A stretch of DNA of 64,000 bases from the human T2T-CHM13v2.0 reference genome, Homo sapiens. Of this stretch, positions 52,319-64,000 are shown piece by piece; position 1 is the stretch's first letter; every line of letters starts with the position of its first letter. The notes beneath the pieces were generated by a model. That model did no database searches and had not been told where the DNA came from. It saw only the letters and a program-made list of their open reading frames with translations. The stretch is from the NCBI RefSeq assembly GCF_009914755.1, contig NC_060937.1; one strand, given 5' to 3'. Made by a program: the position numbers and the translations under genes.

Positions 52319-52513
<195 letters not shown>

Positions 52514-52878
52514 CTAGTAGTTCTGCACTACACTGTCCTTTAAGCTGAAGGGAAAGTATACCAGATAGAGATGCAAATCTGTAGAAAAGAAAGCAAGCCA
52601 CCGGAAATGTTAAGTAGGTAGGTAAATATACAAGGCTGCATCCCTCTTCCTGTAATTTCCTTAAATGAAAACTGATTGTGAAAACAAAAACTAGCATTAT
52701 AAGGCGAGTGTATAATGTAGGTATAGAAATCAAAGATATGATAACACAAATGATGAATGGAAGAATGGAATTATATTGCTTTGAAGTTTTTATATATATG
52801 AAGTGAGAAGTTTGAAATGGAAAGTTAAATATGGGAAGTGGGAAATGGGACATGGGAAGAGTGATAAGTTAAGGATGC

Positions 52879-53548
52879 TGAGAACTGCAGAAACTCTCAG
52901 CATGAATGACTACATCCAAACCCCTGCACTAAGAGATTTGGCCAAACTCTAACATGACTTCTGGCAGGCAAAGGCCCCATGCTCCTGGGATGATCCAGCA
53001 CACTCTTGAGATCCTGCCTAGAAAAACTCAAGGCTGCCAAAGAATTTACCATTTGTTCCAGCCAACACCTGGGGAAAGGTCCCTGACCTCCCTTTCCTAG
53101 AGTATTTACCTTAAAAAGCTTACAACTACAAATCTTTTCTCTGCCCATTTGGGATATACATGTATCTCCTACAACTCAGGAGTGTCTTTCCCAAGGACCT
53201 AAAAGCCATTCCTTTGAAATGTAATCATTAGAAAGCATAGGGCCTCTATCTCTCAGTCTCTGTGGAGGTAGAAGTCTAACTTTATAAATGGCAGTAAACA
53301 AACACAGATGGCCTAATTATATTTACATTGGCCAACCCTTGTACCCATTTTTTGAAATTTTGTCACTTTCCTGACACTGCTCAAGCCCTCTACTTGCTCT
53401 CCCTCCCTACTCCTTCTCATGGGTCTTTTAAAACACCCAGTTACCTATGTAGGAATCAGAATGGAATTCAGCTCTTTTCTCTACTGCAATAGTTACTGAA
53501 TAAGATCCATTTTCACCTGTTTAATTAATGTCCAACTTTATCTCTGAA
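52879..53548 (+). mobile_element. ERV1 solo LTR (MER67-like)
   Basis: Shares the CCCTGACCTCCCTTT..TTTAC.TT.AAAA and CAAGGACCT..CCTTTGAAATGTAATCA motifs with 25282-25874. Confidence 0.6.
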
Positions 53549-56106
53549 AATACATTAGGCTGGGTGCAGTGGCTCACACCTGTAATCCCAGCACTTTGGG
53601 AGGCCGAGGTGGGCAGATCATAAGGTCAGGAGACTGAGACCATCCTGGCTAACATGGTGAAACCCCATCTGTTCTCTGATCATATGGGAATTGAATTCAA
53701 AATCAATAGCAATAAGGTTTTCAGGAAGCCCCCGTAACATCTTGGAAGTAAAACAAATCCTAAATAATTTGTAGGTGAAAGAAGAAATCATAAGATAATT
53801 AGAAAATGTTTTGAATTGAATAAAATTAAAAATATAAAATATCAAAATTTGTGGATGTGTATATATACATACATACATACATATGTATATATGTGAGAAT
53901 ATGTATGTGTGTGTAGTACGAAAGTATATGTGTGTGTGTGTGTATATATATATACACACACATATATATATGAGAGAGAAATATTCATTTTAAGGAATTG
54001 GCCCATATGATTGTGAAGTTTGGTATAGCCAAAATTTGCAGTGTAGGCCAGCAGGATAGAGACCCAGGAAAGAATTACAGTTGTAGTTCAAGGGCAGTCT
54101 GCTGGCAAAATTCCTTCTTGCTCAGAAGAGGTCAGTGTTGGTTCTACCATCAACTGATTGGATGAGGCCTGCCCACATTATGGAAAGGAATCTGCTTTAC
54201 TCAAAATCCACTGATTGAAATGCTAATCTCATCCAAAAAACACCTTCCCAGAAACATCCAGAATAATATCTGACCAAATAGCTGGGCACTATGGCCCAGC
54301 CAAGTTGTCATATAAACTAATCATCACAGCATCTATGAAAACCCTAGAGCTAACATACTTAATAGTGAAAGACTGAATGCTTTCCACTAACAGCAGAAAC
54401 AAGGCAATGATGTCCACTCTCACCACTTCTACTTAACACTGTAATGAAGGTCCTAGATAGTGTTAAAAAGTTAAAAAAAACCATATATATTGAAAAGGAA
54501 AAAGCAAAAGTATCTTGATTTGCATATAGCATTCAGTACATAGAATATAATATGAAATACTTTTAAAAGCTATTAAATAAGTAAATTTAGCAAGGTCAGA
54601 GAATATAAGCTCAAAATACAAAAATCAATTGTACAGGTATAGGTAAATAATAAATGGTTGGAAATTGAAAGTGTGAAAAAATAACATTTACAATAACTTC
54701 AGACAACTTGAAATGCTTAGGCATAAATTTAACAAGATGTACAAAACACACTTAAAAATACAAATCACTGCTTAGAGAAATTTAAAAAGACCTAAATAAA
54801 TGGAGATATATACCATATTGATAGGTTAGAAGATTCAATATTGTTAAGATATCAGTTCACCAAAGTGATCTATAGATTCAGTGCAATCCCACTCAAAATC
54901 CCAATGTTCTTTTACATAGACATTAACAAGCTGAGTTTTAAATGTATATGAAAATGCAAAGGACCTAGGGCAGTCAAAATAGTGTAGAATGACATAAGAA
55001 TGACAATAGAACAGACTAGGAAGCCTAGAAATAGACCCACACATATATGTTCAACTAATTTTCACTGAAGAAATTCAGTGAAGAGGATAGTCTTTTAACA
55101 TATGCTGCTGGTACAAATGGATATCCATATGCAGACAAACAAAATTTACCTGGATTCTTGCCTCTTGCCACACTAAAAATGATCTCAAAATGGATCATAG
55201 ATATAAATGTAAAAGCTAAAAAACTAAATGAAAACAACAACAATAAAAACTGAAGAAAGTCTTTGTGATTTTTGGGATAGCCAAAGATTCTTAGGTACCA
55301 CACAAAAAGCATGGACCAAAAAAGAAAAACATTGATAATCTGGACTTCATCAAGATTAAAAACTATTTTTTCTTCAAAGATACTATTAAGAAAATAAAAA
55401 TTCAGAGACTGAGAGGATAAAACATATATCTACAGACATATATTTGTATATGTATGCAGATATAAATTACAAATGAATAATACTCCTAATACATAAAGAA
55501 TTATTGCAACTCAATAGTAATACAATAAACCAATGGGGTAAAATGGGCAAGGACACCTATAGAGAGAGAGACAGATGAAGATACATTAAAAAATAAGTAC
55601 AGAAAAAGATAACTCTTATGGGTTAAATGTTTGTGTGTCTCCAAAATTCATATGTTGAAATCCTAACCCACAATGTGATAGTATTAGGAAGTGGGGCCTT
55701 TGGGAGTTTATTAGGCCATGAAGGTGGAGCCCCCATGAATTTGGGATTAATGCCCTTATAAAAGAGATCCCAGCGAGCTCTCACCCCTTCCACCCTGTGG
55801 AAGAAGCCACTTATGAAGAAGCCAGAAGCTTATGAAGACAGCCATCTATGAACCAGAAAGTAAGCCCTCACCAGACACCAAATATGCCCATGCCTTAATC
55901 TTGCACTTCCCGACCTCCAGAACTGTAAGAAATAAATATTTGCTGTTTGTAAGATACCCAGTCTATGGTATTCTGTTATAGCAGCCTAAACAGACCAAGG
56001 CAATACCTGACATCATCAATCATTATGGACATTCAAATTAAAACCATAACATTTCATATCCATACAAATAACTAAAATCAAAAAGCCTGACAATATTGAT
56101 TGCTAG

Positions 56107-57008
<902 letters not shown>

Positions 57009-59289
57009 TCTTATACATCACTACTAAGAACCTAAAATGGTCCAACCATTTTGGAAAACAGTTTGGTGATTTCTCGTAAAGCTAGCAACACACTTACCAC
57101 ATGACCCATGGGAGCCAGAAGCTGTTTGAACTAATTTGGTTACATTTGTACACTAGTGAAGACTATGAAACAGATTTGATGATTGGCAGCCCCACAAAAA
57201 CCAGGTGGAATGGAGGAGGGGTAATTCTTTCAAATGAATGGAGTAAAGGAAGCTGAGCAAGCAACAATAACGGAGGCAGAAGATAAATGGTGGGGGATGT
57301 TGGGGGAGGGGAGGAAGGAGGTAAGAAAGGTGAGAATATTCCATTTGCAGATGGCAGAGCTCAAATTTAAGATTCCTGCCAGCCTCAATAAAGCACTTGT
57401 TTGATTCAATTCTACATTAGGACACTATCTAGAGGAATGGCTTATTTAAGCAAAGAACTGCTTGTCAATTCCTGAGACAACTGAGCATGGATTAAATGCA
57501 TACAACTGCATATGGGACTCTGATCCTGGGAGTATAAAATTATTAATGATTTTGCTCAAGAGTAGCATAATTAAGAGGCAGACATGGGCTCAGATTCCTA
57601 AAATAATAACTTATGGTTAAATGAGGCCCATTACATGCCATTACGTTACAACCCAAAAGTTTGGTTTCATCCTTTGAGAGCCAGTTGACTGATACTCAGT
57701 GTCCCAGCTGTGGATCTGCTTGGAAGCTGCAAGGACTAACTTCTTATTCATTATGGGGACCACAAAAAGAGGCTACTTATGAAGGTGTGTGGTTCTAGAC
57801 CCCAGGATAATGGAAGAAAGAGCGGTTTGTGCCACTAGGCCCTTATTCTGAGAGCGGAGCCCTATCCTACCATACTTGGCAGTCTGGCCAAAATGAAGCT
57901 AACAGCGGTAAACTTGGAGAACCAAGGCCTGTTTCAGGTGCTGCAGTGGCCTCTCAGATGACTTGGGCAAATGATCCATCTCTCTATTTCTGTTTCTTCC
58001 AAAATAAGCACAAGTAATTCTCACCAACCTACTCTTGAGTTGGTTTGAATATCAGATGAGACAATGAGCATGGAATCTCTTCAGATAAAATGAAATGTGA
58101 TACAAAATTAAGATGATGTGCCAGTTATTATTCTTAGCATTTCCAAGGGGGTGCTGCCACCCTCCCCTTCCCTTTCAGATTATTGGCAATAGGAGAGGAT
58201 CAAATTAAGATCATAATTAGATGATTTGAGAAATTCACATTACTCTTTAAAATACTGAAGAATTCATTAAACAAAGATCAAAAAGTTTTGTGGCTATGCC
58301 AGGTTCCTGAAATCCTAAGAACCACTATGAATCCAGAAGAAGCATTAACTGTTAAAGCTCAGAGAGGAAATATTTTAGCAATGACACAAGGCAGCTTCTT
58401 ATCTCTTGCTTCACAGCATCACTAAAAATAAATTTAAAAAAATACAAAACAAAATGAAAATAAAACTTTTAACTGATCCCCAGAAGAACAGACTCTTCAG
58501 AAAAGCTGACAGACAGAGGGTCAATGATCAAGAATAAAAATAGTATGGTACATTTAGAAAGGAAAAACAAACACCCATATCACATGGGCAGCTACTTACT
58601 GTGAACAAACCATGAACAAAAGTACCTCAAGGCTAAGGCAAATGGGCCACAAACTGGATATGAGTCGGCAACAAAAGTCCTTTTATTAATTAAGCTCAAG
58701 ACTGGATACAATGTTAATAATATTTTATGCTGATGTTTATGAAGCCCTTACCACATGCCAAGGACTTTTAGTGTATACCTGTATCATCTTACTTAACCCC
58801 ACTAGGTAAGTGTGATTGTTATTTATATTTTACAAATGGAAAAACAGACGACCAGAAAATTAAGGTACTTGCATAAGGCCTCCAAACCATTATGTGGCAA
58901 TTTGGGCCATGAGCTGACATCTGTCACCAAAGTCTGTGTACCTAATCCCTGTTGTAAATTACCTCTGGAGAGCATCCTGTTCATACTGAGTGCAGGTTGG
59001 GGTTCTCGGCTTTGACAAAGAGGCTTGGCAGACCTTAAGAGGATTCAGAGGAGAGCAGTGGAGAAGGGTTATTTAACCTGGAGAAGGGAAAACTAAGATG
59101 TGATCCCTAGCAGTGTTAGCTTCTCTGATGGCAATTGGGATCAAGAAATAGATAACAGATTGCAGGTGGTTTGGGAGAGCAAAGGAGGATTCGGGCTAAG
59201 CCAGAACCAAATTGTGATTGTTTCTAAATGTGCTAAGGATGTTAAATATTTGTGGTAGTCATGGAGGTGCACCACTTAAGAGAACCTGC

Positions 59290-60492
<1,203 letters not shown>

Positions 60493-61507
60493 TCATCACC
60501 TAAATATAACACATTAAATGTTCCTAGTTTATTTCCATGTAAGAAGGGCCTAAGAAATATGACTATTCATCTAATTAAAAATGAGAAATGCCTGGCATGG
60601 TATTCATCTAATTGAGAGGTATTCAATGCTAATTGAAGTAGTTATTCTAATTGAAAATGAGAAATGCCTGACATGGCATCTTCACTGAATCTGCCGCTCT
60701 CTCTGATCTGAAACCTGCTTGACTCTCACAGATGCTATTAAAATTATTGCAAGGTGAACAGAGACCATACTCTGCAGACCATAAGCTGCAGAGCTGAAGC
60801 CTGGGCCCTCCAAAGCGGCTTGGGAAGTGCACTCAGAGTCCCTGGAGCAACGTGATAAATTGGCCCAAACTTCCCCAAAGTCCTACCAAGCCAGATAGAC
60901 CATGGCTCATCATTTTGTTCTGAATAGGTTAGAAGAGGTATTTCTCTGTATTGAGCTTCAGTTATTAGCCTTATAACACCAACAATTAGACATCTTCTGA
61001 CAATAAGTACATGGAGTCAGAACTTTACAAAAGTCTTTGTAGTTAATAAAGACATTAAAAAATACAAATTATTTTGCCTTGTTTCTAACCAGCCACATGA
61101 CCTTGAATAAATTATTTAAGCTCTCCAGATAACCTAAGAAATTCTGAGAGTTGAGGCTCAATGTTATAAAATCACTGAAGTTGTAATCCTCACCCTGTTA
61201 AGGGGTCATTGTTTCTCAATAGGACTGGACTAGTTCAGAAAATGCCTTTCCATGGGATATATATCCATTTTCCTCAGGTGGGTGTGGTAATTGTTCCTCT
61301 CTCAGCATACTCCGTGGTCAAGATAGTGAAACCTTGCTTTTCACCTGAACAAACTGTTTAAAGAGTTTCATGTAATATATTGAATAGGAAGGTGTTTACT
61401 AACATCAGTTGCCAGGACACAAACAACTCTACTATCAACCACACAGGATAAACCCTCTTTAAGATTAAACCTAAATCCTTTCTCTTTGTTAAGAAATAAA
61501 ATAAAAA

Positions 61508-61792
61508 GGCCGGGTACAGTGGCTTACGCCTGTAATCCCAGCACTTTCAGAGGCCAAGGCAGGAGGATCGCTTGAGTCCAGGAGTTTGAGACCAGCCTGT
61601 CACATGTCGAAACCCTGTCTCTACAAAAAATACAAAATTTAGCTGAGTGTGGTGGCACATGCCTGTAATCCCAGCTACTCAGGAGGTGAGGTGAGAGGAT
61701 CACCTGAGCCCAGGAGGTTGAGGCTACAGTGAGCTGTGATCATGTGCCACTGCACTCCAGCCTGAGAGACAGAGTAACCCTGTCTCAAAAAA
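61508..61792 (+). mobile_element. AluJ
   Basis: Diverged dimer. Confidence 0.85.
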
Positions 61793-62627
61793 TTTTAAAA
61801 AAATCTGAACACAGTTCAGCATTGAGCTTAATGCAGCATTAAAGTGTGAAGGGTTAACCTGCTCTACCATGCTTCTCTCCTGATTTGCTCTGCCCACAGT
61901 CAGAATAGCCACAGCCTGCCAGCCAGCCCTTTGACTGGGGAACCCTTCCCATCCGCCTCCCCCCCACCACCCTCCCCACCGCCCCCCGTCCCTGCTGGTT
62001 GGGGAGGGGAGCCAGCAGAGGAAGTAGATGGATGCAGTGAGAGACAAGACAAAGAGCATACAGCCCAAGCCACCATCTGCCTGGCAGGGTGGCACGAGAC
62101 AGAGTTTGGGACCCTGGTGTAGCCACTGTGGTTAAGCAGACAGTGTCTGCAGCAGGCTGTCGAATTTGAAATTTGAGAAAGGCAGGCTTCACAGAGTGTC
62201 AAACACTTGGGTTCAAGGTAAACTTGAACTGTTGAAGAACTCTTGCTCTGTTTTGTTAACTTTCAGGACCATTGGATTTTTCTGCTTTTGGCTGCACTTG
62301 AATGGTATTTCAGAAACATTGTGGGTTATATGGGTTATATACATTTTCTTGGACTCGCCTGGGAGCCTTTCCTCTCTTGCCTCAAACCACAAACATCTGA
62401 TATTATTTCTATGGGAAATGTGTTTGAGTTTCAAAGAAAATCTTACAAACAAGCTTTTAATGTAGAAGCTATTTGTAAGCCAGGCTGTAACTATATACTG
62501 AAACTTCTATGCATTTGCTTATTACATATATATTGAGGGACCTACTATGTACCAGGTATCATGCTAGGTGCTGAGGATAACCAAGGGGTTCACAGTCCTT
62601 TGAAGAAGCACATAGATGGGGAACTGA

Positions 62628-62880
62628 GCAGGTCCACATTATGACTCTCATGGGCCCTCGACACTTTTCCCTTCATGGGCCCCTTCCTCCTTAAAAAAAA
62701 AAAATTAAAAATTTTATTTTACAATTGTGTTGGTATAAATACAATCCAGGTTGGATTATATTCTCTCTTGGTATGTGACTGGTTTTAAAAGAAATTAAAA
62801 CATTTTCATGGGACCTTGAAAGTATCCTAGACCCTCAGTAGGCATTGGGCCTACTGAGCCTAATGGATAGGTTGGCCCTG
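62628..62880. mobile_element. hAT-type MITE nested in L2 (about 62530-63360)
   Basis: CAGGTCC...GGCCCTG termini and internal CATGGGCCC repeats. Confidence 0.55.
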
Positions 62881-63874
62881 GAGAGGAGGAGGGCAAGATG
62901 AGGACTTGCAGGAGTGACACCTGAGGTGACAGTTAAAGGACAAGCAGGAATTAACCAGAGAGGCCAGAGGGGAAAGGCCATTTTAGGAAGAGAGAACAGC
63001 ATGGGCAAAAAAAAAAAAAGTATGAAAGGCAAGATGAGATACCCTGCGAGGGATCCTAAATGGTAAAAATGAGATTGGAAAAGATAGGCAGAAGCCAAAA
63101 TATGAAGAATCTTGTGTGCTATTCTAAGAACAGTAGGAAATTAACAGGGACAGCTGAGGAGTGACAAATCGAAATGAGGCTTGTAGAAAAATTACACTGG
63201 AATAATTGGAAACAGAATATGAGACTACTTGAGAGATGATGGCAAGGATCTATGGAGAAATAGTGACAACCCTAAGACAATAAAAATGAAAATAACAAGT
63301 ATTCCAAAGGATGCAGGTTGATTCATTGGGTAGGAGGAATGAGGAAGAAGTCTGGGTTCCTATTTGTTCCCTTCTTAGCCCTCAAACACACACCACCTCA
63401 AAGCAGCCGGCCATCTCAGATATGGGAAACTGCTGGTCTGACTTTTTGGCCTCATCTCCAAGCCCTCCTATTCTGACAACATCCTAAACTGAGTTCTCAA
63501 CCTATAAGGCTTATCAGTGTCTTGGTCACAGTTTCATATGTGACCCTTGACTACACCAGTGCCGTGAATATGGGGCACTCCTGCTACCCATTCTGGCCCC
63601 TTGGACCCATGCCAGCTAAGGCAGTCCCACCTGGCCCCCACACGGATGCAGAGCAGATTTTTCTGCCTTGCTTGAACTGGTGCATGGTAGAGGCATTGGC
63701 TGTGCTAGGAAAAAGATGATGAGAAGCCATTGTGGGGAAGATGATTACTTCCAGTCCAAATATGCTGAATTTGAGGTTCCAAAGGGACAACCTAGTAGAC
63801 ATTAACTAAGGCAATCACAAATGTGGTCCTAGAATTTAGGAGAATGTGCTGGAATGGAGAAGAAGATTTAGGTG

Positions 63875-64000
63875 TGTGCAGAAAAGAATTTACATGGTAG
63901 GCCTCAGGCTGGCCCTAGAAAGGCTTGTTTGCAAGGTTGGCTCTTAGCTGGCAGCCTGGAACTGGACTGGGGGAATACTCTATTCCCTGAGAAGGGTGGA
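63875..64000 (+). mobile_element. MER21-like LTR, truncated by window end
   Basis: TGTGCAGAAAAGA..TAGAAAGGC..TTGCAAGGTTGG. Confidence 0.7.

Overview
Primate genomic DNA (AluY-type elements present; human-like), very repeat-rich: Alu, L1, L2/MIR, MaLR/ERVL/ERV1 LTRs and hAT MITEs. No intact protein-coding gene is visible, and nearly all ORFs in the supplied track derive from repeats. Manual reading of the minus strand reveals four spliced exons that the track misses or reads in the wrong frame (24570-24427, 10084-9985, 6811-6713, 5110-5070). They belong to a decayed, intron-containing P4-ATPase (ATP8A2-like phospholipid flippase) paralogue carrying stops, frameshifts and a broken donor. A same-sense HERV-L provirus sits 5 nt after the last visible exon and runs off the window start. 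The window also holds an orphan CpG island (about 42.0-43.2 kb) with candidate divergent transcripts, a class III-like ERV remnant with gamma-type env motifs, and a short templated insertion inside an Alu tail. Repeat subfamily names and ATP8A exon sizes are from memory, not from a database search, and coordinates were counted by hand.
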